From Prorocentrum cordatum (Eukaryota), in assembly GCA_963575745.1 (NCBI GenBank), contig CAUYUJ010000194.1, positions 62,001 through 116,984 on the forward strand: a stretch of 54,984 nt of DNA. The letters run 5' to 3'. Of this stretch, positions 21,235 to 33,055 are shown one piece after another. A model generated the notes under the pieces. It was not told the DNA's origin, made no database searches, and worked only from the letters and a program-made list of their open reading frames with translations. The translations under genes were made by a program, and so were the position numbers. The stretch's first letter is position 1. The number at the start of each line of letters is the position of its first letter.

Positions 21235-22920
21235 CTGGGCGCCGGCGGTAAACCGTCAACCTTGGTTACCGCCGGGGAACTCGTAGAGCTTCCTGACAGT
21301 ATATAATATATAAGAAAAATCCAGAGAACGACTAGTTTTTGAGCTCAAGCGATTTCAGACCTCTCCAGATGACTAACAGAAGAAGAAAAAGTTTGCCAAC
21401 CCAGCTCGAGTATCAAACCGAGTTCAGACCTCTGAATGCGACAGACGGACGCGCCTAATGTCTGCGAATCGACTCCTGTGATTACTAGCCCTGCAGCCCC
21501 CCTACAGCCCGAGTTAAGTGCAGAAAACCGACAGCATGACTCGAATAATACAATAGTTTGGCGAACCTAGTTCGAGCAGCAGACCGAGTTCCGAGCTCTC
21601 GATTCGACAGACAGGCAGTTCTGATGTCTCTAAATCGATTTATGTGACCAGCAGCACTGTAGCCCTTCCCAAGCACGAGTTAAGTGCAGAAAACCGAGAG
21701 CACTCAACAAGATTACTCGAACAATACGAATAGTTTCGCAAACCTAGCTTCGGCAGCAGGCCGAGTTCAGAGCTCGATTCAACAGACGAACGCGCCTAAA
21801 GAATCCCAATCGATTTCTGTGACTATGAGCTCTGTAGCTGCCCTACAGCTCGCGAAAAGTACAGAAAACTGAGAGCGTCTGCTACAATGACTCGACTAAT
21901 ACGAATAGGTTTGCGGACCTAGCTCGGCTACCAGACCGAGTTCAGACCTCTGGATTCAACAGGCGAACGCGCCTAATCATTCTACATTGATTAGCTGTGC
22001 TTACCAGCTCTATAGCTGTCACAAAGCTCGAGTTATGTTCAGAAAACCGACAGCGCATATCAAGATGACTCAAAACGGCCGATCCCGCCAGAGTGCTTTT
22101 CGATAGTAATATTCACCCGATCGAGCTGAGATCAAGATGGCGAGCGGGAATAAGATCGAATATCATGGGAAAAAATACTAGAGCTCTAACGAATGGTCAA
22201 ATTTCGAGAACAAAATTTTCAACCGACCAAAAGTCAGCAAAAGTTCCGTCGAGATTCTTCTTGTCAACTGGGCGCCGGCGGTAAACCGTCAACCTTTCTT
22301 ACCTCCGGGGGACTCGTAGAGCTTCCTGACAGTATATACTGTGGAAAAAACTCCAAAGAACGACTAGTTTTTCAGCCCAAGCGATTTCAGACCTCTCAAG
22401 ATGACCCTAACCAAAAAACAAACAGTTTCGCAACCCAGTTCGAGTATCGAACCGAGTTCAGACCTCTGAATGCGACAGGCGGGCGCGTCTGATGTCTGTG
22501 AATCCACTCATGTGATTCACAGCCCTGCAGCTCCTCTACAGCCCGAGTTAAGTGGAGAAAACCGACAGTATCGACTCGAATAATAGAATAGCTTCGCGGA
22601 CCTAGTTCGAGCAGCAGACCGAGTTCCGAGCTCTGGAATCGACCAACAGACGCGCCTGATGTGTGCAAATCGATATCTGTGACCCGCAGCACTGTAGCCC
22701 TCCCCCAGCACGAGTTGAGTGCAGAAAATTGAGAGCACTTCTCAAGATGATTCGGACAATACGAATAGTTTCGCGAACCTAGCTCGGGCAGCAGGCCGAG
22801 TTCAGAGCTCTCGGTTCAATAGACGAACGCGACTGATGATTCCCCATCGATGTCTGTGACAATGAGCCCTGTAGCTGCCCTACAGCTCGAGTTAAGTACA
22901 GAAAATCGAGAGCGTCTGTC

Positions 22921-23460
22921 AAGACGACTCGAATAATACGAATAGGTTTGCGGACCTAGCTCGGCTAGCAGACCGAGTTCAGACCTCTGGATTCAACAGG
23001 CGAACGCGCCTGATAATTCTGAATGCGATAGGTGTGCTTACCAGCTCTGTAGCTGCCCTACAGCTCGAGTTAAGTACAGAAAACCAAGAGCGTCTGTCAA
23101 GACGACTCGAATAATACGAATAGGTTTGCGAACCTAGCTCGGCTAGCATACCGAGTTCAGACCTCTGGATTCAAGAGGCGAACGCGCCTGATAATTCTGA
23201 ATGCGATAGGTGTGCTTACCAGCTCTGTAGCTGCCCTACAGCTCGCGTTAAGTACAGAAAACCGAGAGCGTCTGTCAAGACGACTCGAATAATACGAATA
23301 GGTTTACGGACCTAGCTCGGCTAGCAGACCGAGTTCAGACCTCTGGATTCAACGTGCGAGCGCGCCTCATAATTCTGAATGCGATAGGCGTGCTTACCAG
23401 CTCTGTAGCTGCCGTACAGCTCGAGTTAAGAACAAAATACCGACAACGCGTATTAAGATG
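22921..23460. repeat. 178-bp tandem repeat, representative homogeneous stretch of the elements' central repeat
   Basis: aagacgactcgaataatacg starts at 22921, 23099 and 23277. Related monomers fill nearly all type-A bodies. Confidence 0.95.
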
Positions 23461-23716
23461 ACTCGAAACGGCTGTTCCCGCCGAGACGCTTTTTGGCAGT
23501 AAAATGTACCCGATCGAGCTGAGATCAAGATGGCGAGCGGGAATAAGATCGAATATCATGGGAAAAAATACTAGAGCTCTAACGAATGGTTGAGTTTCGA
23601 GAACAAAATTTTGAACCGACCAAAAGTCACCAAAAGGTCCGTCGAGATTTTTCTTGCCAACTAGCTCTCCAGCGCTCCGGAATTACTGGGCGCCGGCGGT
23701 AAACCGTCAACCTTTG

Positions 23717-24934
23717 TTTTTTTTTTGGGGGGGGAGGCTGACCAGGCACCGAGCGCCCCAGCGCCCGTTAAGTGCCTACCTAGTCTCTCTGCAGCTGGAG
23801 GTCTTGGGCCACCTGGGCTGCGGCCCGCAAGAGGCCCTCGAGACCCGAAAGCTCAGCGTCAGTGATACTGCTATGGGAGGGGAGTGCCTGTGCACAACGC
23901 CCTACTACTTCCCATATGATTGGACAAGGAGAGGAGGCTTGGGGGAAGAGGGAGACTACACGAGCTCTCTTATCTCTATGTTCAGGGTCAGGGTACGGAT
24001 CATGGAAACGAGGGATATATCCAATCTGCAGAAACCAACCAACGCCCACACCTTGGGCACACACTCCGCCATCGAAGGATCCGCGGAGGCCGATAACTCG
24101 AAAGTTGTCTTGAACATCAGGACGGAAGATATGGTGGTGGAACAGCTCTCTGAATATCTGGCCTTCCCGTGCTAGATGGGTAAGTTCATCAGCTACTGTA
24201 TTACTCTCCCGATATATGTGTCGAATAAAGTCATTGCCCCATGAGGGGGGTCGTACTCCTTCCTCCTCCAATTCTTCCAAAAGAGAAATAATATTTGCAA
24301 CCCGCCTACGATAAGAAGCCCCATCTCCTCCTTCTCCTCCTTCAACCTTCCAGAGACCGTTGATCCAATTACAGATAAGAAGCGAATCGCCCGTCAGCTC
24401 CAGACCGATCCCATCATCACTCAGATCCCAAGTCGGCTCCTGTTCATTGTTCGAGGCCAATCTCTGGGCCAGCTTCTCAGACTCCTTCACCGACAACGGA
24501 CGGGCCATCATCTCCTCCCCCCTCTCCTTTATGTAGTTTCCTCGTCCTCCAGTTCCTCCACGGACAACAAACAAGTCAAACAGAGAACCCAAAGTACAAG
24601 CTTCCAGGAACTGCCTGCAATACTGAACGAAGTCAGAGTAAGAGAAAGAGCACGCCCTCCACCACCGATCCTCCAGATTCACAAACGAGGGAAATATCGT
24701 CTGGAACATGAAACACCAAGGATGTTCACCCGTCGCCTGCCCCTTAGCACTGCCTAATCGTGTCAGTTTCGAGGCCTCCTTCCACTTCCACTGGGAACGC
24801 AAACATTCTGACTCAAGTGTCCTTTTCTCCTCCCACCTCGGGGTACAACACATCAGAAGCCGACGTGCGTCTCGATGCGCTCGAGGAAACACCGTCTGTT
24901 GTCCAGGTCCAGGAACTGCCACCCTCCGACGCTT
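23717..24934 (-). mobile_element. Non-LTR retrotransposon copy C, heavily 5'-truncated
   Basis: ccgtcaacctttg followed by T10 (23717-23726). Right junction at cgggggactcgtagag with target accgc missing. Encodes only the post-RT region and RNase H-like domain. Confidence 0.9.
23780..24934 (-). pseudogene. 3' fragment of LINE ORF2 (permuted RNase H-like domain)
   Basis: RDARR, WD, LELTGDSLLICNW, HIYRESNTVADEL, SFDGG, DAEL align with the other three copies. The track's N-terminal residues (24935-24985) come from the flanking repeat. Confidence 0.85.
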
Positions 24935-26260
24935 CGGGGGACTCGTAGAGCTTCCTGACTCGTAGGGATGTGAGAAAAAATCCAAAGAACGACTATTTTT
25001 TCAGCCGAAGCAATTTCAGACCTCTCAAGATGACTCTAACAAAAAAACAAACACCTCCAATAATACAATAGGTTCGCGGACCTAGTTCGAGCAGCAGACC
25101 GAGTTCCGAGCTCTGGGTTCTTCGACAGACAGACGCGTCTGATGTCTCAGAATCGATTTCCGTGACCAGCAGTACTGTAGCCCTTTCCAGCACGAGTTAA
25201 GTGCGGAATACCGAGAGCACTTCTCAGAATAACTCGAACAATACAAATAGTTTTGCGAACCTAGCTCGGGCAGCAGGCCGAGTCCAGAGCTCTCGATTCG
25301 ACGCACGAACGCGTCTGATGATTCCCAATCGATTTCTGTGACTATGAGCTCTGTAGCTGCCCTAGAGCTCGAGTTCAGTATAGAAAACCGAGGGCGTCTA
25401 TGAAGATGACCAAAATGATACGAATATGTTTGCGGACCTAGCTCGGCTAGCAGAACGAGTTCAGACGTCTAGATTCAACATGCGAACGCGCCTAATGATT
25501 CTGAATGCGATAGGCGTGCTTACCAGCTCTGTAGCTGTCATTTAGCTCGAGTTAACTACACAGAACCGAGGGCGTCTATCAAGATGACCCAAATAATACC
25601 AATAGGTTTGCAGACCTAGCTCGGCTAGCAGACCGAGTTCAGACCTCTAGATCCAACAGGCGAACGCGGTTAATGATTCTGAATGCAATAGGTGTGCTTA
25701 CCAGCTCTGTAGCTGTCCTGTAGCTCGAGTTAAGTACAGAGAACCGAGGGCGTCTATCAAGATGACCCAACTAATATCAATAGGTTTGCAGACCTAGCTC
25801 GGCTAGCAGACCGAGTTCAGACCTCTAGATACAACAGGCGAACGCGGTTAATGATTCTGAATGCAATAGATGTGCTTAACAGCTCTGTTTCTGATCTACA
25901 GCTCGAGTTAAGTACAAAATACCGATACCGCGTATCAAGATGACTCGAAACGGCCGATCCCGCCAGAGTGCTTTTTCGCAGTAAAAGCTACCCGATCGAG
26001 CTGAGATCAAGATGGCGAGCGGGAATAAGATCGAATATCACGGGAAAAAATACTAGAGCTCAAACGAATTATTGAATTTCGAGAACAAAATTTTCAACCG
26101 ACCAAAAGTCAGCAAAAGTTCCGTCGAGATTTTTCTTGCCAACTAGCTCTCCAGAGCGCCGGAACTGGCGCCGGCGGTAAACCGTCAACCTGGTCACCGC
26201 CGGGAACCTCGTAGAGCTCCTTCCACGGGTGAGAGTGCTTAGAATCGACAGAGAGAGCTT

Positions 26261-27366
26261 AACTGGTAGAGGTTCCCTTAGCAAGTTATTGCTGGAAGCT
26301 TAAGACTAATTCCGGGGCGCTGGAGAGCTAGTTGGCAAGAAAAATCTCGACGGACCTTTTGCTGACATTTGGTCGCTTGAAAATTTTGTTCTCGAAATTC
26401 AACAATTCGTTAGAGCTCTAGTATTTTTTCCCATGATATTCGATCTTATTCCCGCTCGCCATCTTGATCTCAGCTCGATCGGGTAACTTTGAAGGCCAAA
26501 AAGCAGGCAGGCGGGAACGGCCGTTTCGAGTCATCTTGATACGCGCTGTCGGTTTTCTCAAGATAACTCGAGCTTCAGGACAACTACAGAGCTGGTCAGC
26601 ACAGCTAATGCATTCAGAATGATCAGGCGCGTTCGCCTGTTGAATCCAGAGGTCTGAACTCGGTCTGCTAGCCGAGCTAGGATCGCAAACCTATTCGTAT
26701 TATTCGAGTCATTGTAGCAGACGCTCTCGGCTTTTCGTACTTAACTCGATCTGTAGGGCAGCCACAGAGCTGATAATCACAGAAATCGATTGAGAATTAT
26801 CAGGCGCGTTGGTCTGTTGAATCAAGAGCTCTAAACTCGGCCTGCTCCCCGAGCTAGGTTCGCGAACATTGGTATTGTTCGAGTCATCTTGAGAAGTGCT
26901 CTCGGTTTTCTGTATTTAACTCGTGCTGGGGAGATCTATAGTGCTGCTGGTCACAGGAAACGATTTCGAGACATCAGGAGCGTACGTTGATCGAATCGAG
27001 AGCTCGGAACTCGGTCTGCTGCTCGAACGAGATCCGCGAAACTGTTGTATTATTCGAGTCATCCTGAGAGGTACTCTCGGTTTTTTGCACTTAACTCGGG
27101 CTGTATGGGGGGCTGCAGGGCTGGTAATCACAGGAATCGATCCGAAGACATCAGACGCGTCCGCCTGTCGCATTCAGAGGTCTGAACTCGGTTTCATACT
27201 CGAGCTCGATTGGAAAACTGTTCGTTTGTTTTGTTAGAGTCATCTTGAGAGGTCTATAATCGCTTGGGCTGAAAAAATAGTCGTTCTCTGAAATTATTTC
27301 CCACATTATATATTGTCAGGAAGCTCTACGAGTAAGAAAGGTTGACGGTTTACCGCCGGCGCCCAG
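26261..27366 (+). mobile_element. Inverted Helentron-like element (type A) inserted into a type-B element
   Basis: Flanks gagagctt| and |tctgg rejoin as gagcttctgg (compare ~50253-50263), with one T duplicated. The hairpin has lost most of one arm (27333). Confidence 0.78.
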
Positions 27367-30300
27367 TCTGGAAGCATTTCGGGAAAAAGGGCAAATTTGT
27401 GTTTTTGCATGTCGATATGAAATTGGTTCCGCCAAGTGTTTTGATAGTAAATGTGCGCCTACAGAGCCCATGTTAAGACGCAGAGGCCCTGATAATCGTT
27501 CACAGGTGCGAAAAATCTGATTTCTCAAAATCAATTGTCAAATATCTTTCAAATCTTAGCAAAACTGGACGCCGGCGGTAAACCGTCAACCTTGGTTACC
27601 GCCGGGAGACTCGTAGAGCTTCCAGCTCGACTGAAGTTGAGAACACCGAGCACCTACCAACATTCCGACTCACAGTGAATATTTTGTGACCTCTCAATGC
27701 GACAGGCGGACGCGTCTGATGTCTGCGAGTCGACTCCTGTCATTACCAGCCCTGCAGCCCCCCTACAGCCCGAGTTGAGTGCAGAAAACTGACAGCATCT
27801 CTCAGGATGACTCGAACAATACAGTAGTTCTGCAGACCTAATTCGGGCAGCAGACCGAGTTCCGAGCTCTGGATTCGACAGGCGGACGCGTCTGATGTCT
27901 TCGAATCGATTCCTGTGACCACCAGCACTGCAGCTCCCCTCAGCGCGAGTTGAATGGAGGAAACCGAGGGCACTTCTCAAGATGGTTCGACCAATACGAA
28001 TAGTTTCGCGATTCTAGATCGGGCAGCAAACCGAGTTCAGAGCTCTGAATTCGACAGACAAACGCAAATGATGATTCTGAATCGGTTTCGGTAAATATCA
28101 GCTCTGTAGCTGTCCTACAGCTCGAGTTAAGTACAAAAAACTTAGATTTCCTGTTAAGACGACTTGAATAATACGAATAGGTTTGCAGACCTAGCTCGGC
28201 TAGCAGACCGAGTTCAGACCTCTAGATTCGACATGCGAACGCGCCTGATGATTCTGGATGCGATAGGTGTGCTTACCAGCTCTGTAGCTGCCCTGAAGCT
28301 CGAGTTATGTTCAGAAAACCGTCGGCGCGTATCAAGATGACTCAAAACGGCCGATCCCGCCAGAGTGCTTTTTGACAGTAATATTCACCCAATCGAGCTG
28401 AGATCAAGATGGCGAGCGGGAATAAGATCGAATATCACGGGAAAAAAAAATAGAGCTCTAACGAATGGTTGAATTTCGAGAACAAAATTTTGAACCGACC
28501 AAAAGTCAGCAAAAGTTCCGTCGAGATTTTTCTTGCCAACTGGGCGCCGGCGGTAAACCGTCAACCTTTCTTACCGCCGGGGGACTCGTAGAGCTTCCTG
28601 ACAGTATATAGTGTGAAAAAATCCAAAGAACGACTAGTTTTTCAGCCCAAGCGATTTCAGACCTCCCAAGATGACTCTGACCAAAAAAAGAAACAGTTTC
28701 GCAACCCAGTTCGAGTATCGAACCGAGTTCAGACCTCTGAATGCGACAGGCGGGCGCGTCTGATGTCTGCGAATCCACTCATGTGATTACCAGCCCTGCA
28801 GCTCCCCTACAGCCCGAGTTAAGTGCAGAAAACCGACAGTATCGACTCGAATAATAGAATAGTTTCGCGGACCTAGTTCGAGCAGCAGACCGAGTTCCGA
28901 GCTCTGGAATCGACCAACAGACGCGCCTGATGTGTGAAAATCGATATCTGTGACCCGCAGCACTGTAGCCCTCCCCCAGCACGAGTTGAGTGCAGAAAAT
29001 TGAGAGCACTTCTCAAGATGATTCGGACAATACGAAAAGTTTCGCGGACCTAGCTCGGGCAGCAGGCCGAGTTCAGAGCTCTCGGTCCAATAGACGAACG
29101 CGACTGATGATTCCCCATCGATGCCTGTGACAATGAGCCCTGTAGCTGCCCTACAGCTCGAGTTCAGTACAGAAAACCGAGAGCGTCTGCCAAGACGACT
29201 CGAATAATACGAATACGTTTGCGGACCTAGCTCGGCTAGCAGACCGAGTTCAGACCTCTGGATTCGACAGGCGAACGCGTCTGATAATTCTGAATGCGAT
29301 AGGTGTGCTTACCAGCTCTGTAGCTGCCCTACAGCTCGAGTTAAGTACAGAAAACCGAGAGCGTCTGTCAAGACGACTCGAATAATACGAATAGGTTTGC
29401 GGATCTAGCTTGGCTAGCAGACCGAGTTCAGACCTCTGGATTCAACGGGCGAACGCGCCTGATAATTCTGAATGCGATAGATGTGCTTACCAGCTCTGTA
29501 GCTGCCCTACAGCTCGAGTTAAGAACAAAATACCGATAACGCGTATCAAGATGACTCGAAACGGCCGTTCCCGCCGGGACGCTTTTTGGCAGTAAAATGT
29601 ACCCGATCGAGCTGAGATCAAGATGGCGAGCGGGAATAAGATCGAATATCACGGGAAAAAATACTAGAGCTCTAACGAATGGTTAAATTTCGAGAACGAA
29701 ATTTTCAACCGACCAAAAGTCACCAAAAGGTCCGTCGAGATTTTTCTTGCCAACTAGCTCTCCAGCGCTCCGGAATTACTGGGCGCCGGCGGTAAACCGT
29801 CAACCTTTCTTACCGCCGGGGGACTCGTAGAGCTTCCTGACAGTATATAGTGTGGGAAAAAATCCAGAGAACGACTAGTTTTCAGCCCAAGCGATTTCAG
29901 ACCTCTCAAGATGACTCTAACAAAAAACAAACAGTTTCGCAACCCAGTTCGAGTATCAGACCGAGTTCAGACCTCTCAATGCGACAGGCGGACGCGTCTG
30001 ATGTCTGCGTATCGACTCATGTGATTACCAGCCCTGCAGCCGTCCTACAGCCCGAGTTAAGTGCAGAAAACCGACAGCATCTCTCAGGATGACTCGAATA
30101 ATAGAAAAGTTTCGCGGACCTGTTTCGAGCAGCAGACCAAGTTCTCAGCTCTCGAATCGACCAACGAACGCGACTGATGTGTGCAGATCGATTTCTATGA
30201 CCCGCAGCACTGTAGCCCTCCCCCAGCACGAGTTGAGCACGAGTTCAGAGCACTTTCCACGATGATTCGAACAATACGAATAGTTTCGCGGTTCTAGCTC

Positions 30301-31109
30301 GGGCAGCAAGCCGAGTTCAGAGCTCTCGATACAACAGACAAACGCGCCCGATAATTTCCAATCGATTTCTGTGACTATAGGCTCTGCAGCTGCCCTACAG
30401 CTCGAATTAAGTACAGAAAACCGAGAGCGCTTGTCAAGATTACTCGAATAATACGAATAGATTTGCGGACCTAGCTCGGCTAACAGACCGACGTCAGACC
30501 TCTGGAGTCGAGAGGCGAACGCGCCTGATGATTCTGAATGCGATAGATGTGCTTACCAGCTCTGTACCTGCCCTGCAGCTCGAATTAAGTGCAAAATACC
30601 CACCACGCATATCAAGTTGACTCTAATAATACGAATAGATTTGCAGACCTAGCTCGGCTAGCAGACCGAGTTCAGACCTAGGGATTCAACAGCCGAACGC
30701 GCCTGATGATTCTGAGTGCGATAGGTGTGCTTACCAGCACTGTAGCTGCCCTACAGCTCGAGTTAAGTAGAGAATACCGACAACGCGTATCAAGTTGACT
30801 CGAATAATACGAATAGGTTTACGGACCTAGCTCGGCTAGCAGACCGAGTTCAGACCTATGGATTGAACAGGCGAACGCGCCTGATGATTCTCAGTGCGAT
30901 AGGTGTGCTTACCAGCACTGTAGCTGCCCTACAGCTCGAGTTAAGTTGAAAATACCGACAGCGCGTATCAAGATGACTCGAAACGGCCGTTCCCGCCGGG
31001 ACGCTTTTTGGCCTTCAAAGTTACCCGATCGAGCTGAGATCAAGATGGCGAGCGGAAATAAGATCGAATATCATGGGAAAAAATACTAGAGCGCTAACGA
31101 ATGGTCAAA

Positions 31110-32576
31110 CTGGGCGCCGGCGGTAAACCGTCAACCTTTCTTACCGCCGGGGGACTCGTAGAGCTTCCTGACAGTATATAGTGTCCGAAAAAATCAGAGA
31201 ACCACTAGTTTTCAGCCCAAGCGATTTCAGACCTCTCAAGACTCTAACATAAAAAGAAACAGTTTCGCGACCCAGTTCGAGTAACAGGCCGAGTTCAGAC
31301 CTCTCAATGCGACAGGCGGACGCGTCTGATGTCTGCGAATCGTCATGTCATTACCAGCCTTGCAGCCCCCCTACAGCCCGATTTAAGTGCAGAAAACCGA
31401 CAGTATCTCTCAGGATGACTCGAATAATACAATAGTTTCGCAAACCTGTTTCGAGCAGCAGACCAAGTTCTGAGCTCTCGAATCGACCAACGAACGCGTC
31501 TGATGTGTGCAAATCGATCTATGACCCGCAGCACTGTAGCCCTACCCCAACACGAGTTGAGTGCAGAAAAATGAGAGCACTTTTCACGATGATTCGGACA
31601 ATACGAATAGTTTCGCGAACCCATCTCGGGCAGCAGGCCGAGTTCAGAGCTCTCGATACAACAGACAAACGCGCCCGATAATTCCCAATCGATTTCTGTG
31701 ACTATAGGCTCTGTAGCTGCCCTACAGCTCGAGTTAGTACAGGAAACCGAGAGCGTAGAGCGTTTGTCAAGATGCCTCGAATAATACGAATAGATTTGCG
31801 GACCTAGCTCGGCTAGCAGACCGAGTTCAGACCTCTCGAGTGAAGAGGCGAACGCGCCTGATGATTCTGAATACGATGGATGCTTACCAGCTCTGTAGCT
31901 GCCCTGCAGCTCGAATTAAGTACAAATACCCACCACGCGTAAGAAGTTGACTCGAATAATACGAATAGGTTTGCGGAGCTAGCTCGGCTAGCAGACCGAG
32001 TTCAGACCTATGGATTCAACAGACGAACGCGCCTGATGATGCTCAGTGCGATAGGTGTGCTTACCAGCACTGTAGCTGCCCTGAAGCTCGAGTTAATTAG
32101 AAAATATCGATAACGCGTATCAAGTTGACCCAAATAATACGAATAGGTTTGCGGACCTAGCTCGGCTAGCAGACCGAGTTCAGACCTCTGGAATCAACAG
32201 GCGAACGCGCCTGGTGATTCTGAGTGCGATAGGTGTGCTTACCAGCACTGTAGCTGCCCTACAGCTCGAGTTAAGTAGAAAATACCGACAGCGCGTATCA
32301 AGATCACTCGAAACGGCCGTTCCCGCCGGGACGCTTTTTGGCAGTAAAAGGTAACCGATCGAGCTGAGATCAAGATGGCGAGCGGGAATAAGATCGAATA
32401 TTATGGGGAAAAATACTAGAGCTCTAACGAATGGTGAAATTTTGAGAACAAATTTTTCAACCGACCAAAAATCACCAAAAGGTCCGTCGAGATTTTCCTT
32501 GCCAACTAGCTCTCTAGCGCTCCGGAATTACTCTCAAGCTTCCAGCAATAACTTGCTAAGGGAAGCTCTACGAGTT
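31110..32576 (-). mobile_element. Complete innermost Helentron-like element of the nest
   Basis: Flanks ggtcaaa| and |attttgaaaacaaa rejoin as the normal tail ggtcaaattt.gagaacaaa. Confidence 0.8.
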
Positions 32577-33055
32577 ATTTTGAAAACAAATTTTTCAACC
32601 GACCAAAAGTCACCAAAAGGTCCGTCGAGATTTTTCTTGCCAACTAGCTCTCCAGCGCTCTGGAATTACTCTTAAGCTTCCAGCAATAACTTGCTGAGGG
32701 AAGCTCTACGAGTTACTCTCAAGCTTCCAGCAATAACTTGCTCAGGGAAGCTCTACGAGTTACTAGCTCTCCAGCGTCCCGGAATTACTCTAAAGCTTCC
32801 AGCAATAACTTGCTAAGGGAAGCTCTACGAGTTACCGACCGAAAGTTGTCACATTGTCTCGTCTAGTCGGGTCGGCCAACTAGCCCCACCCCGCGCCGGA
32901 ATTCCTCTAGCTCATCGATGCCGAAGAGCTCTACGAGGTATTACTCTAAGCGTCCAGCTATAACTTGCTGAGGGAAGCTCTACGAGTTACTCTCAAGCTT
33001 CCAGCAATTACTTGCTAAAGGAAGCTCTAAGTACTAGCTCTCCGGCGCGCCGGAA
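32520..33055. repeat. Stack of element termini (short hairpin modules ending gaagctctacgagtt or gagctctacgaggt)
   Basis: Seven terminal motifs in ~530 bp. Similar stacks at 43990-44185, 46305-46430, 47355-47535, 52450-52710 and 53745-53865. Confidence 0.85.

Larger units (their letters stand above)
21235..33055 (-). mobile_element. Eight-level nest of Helentron-like elements (heads 21235, 22268, 23686, 26165, 27565, 28540, 29779, 31110)
   Basis: Ends at 32576, 32714, 32761, 32833, 32939, 32988 and ~33032 close in reverse order. After each end the sequence resumes where the previous host was cut, with one A duplicated. Confidence 0.82.

Noticed and set aside
32520..33055. CRISPR-like array of short palindromic repeats
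   Set aside because: The intervening pieces are not unique spacers but the resumed ends of nested elements. Spacing is irregular and there are no cas genes.
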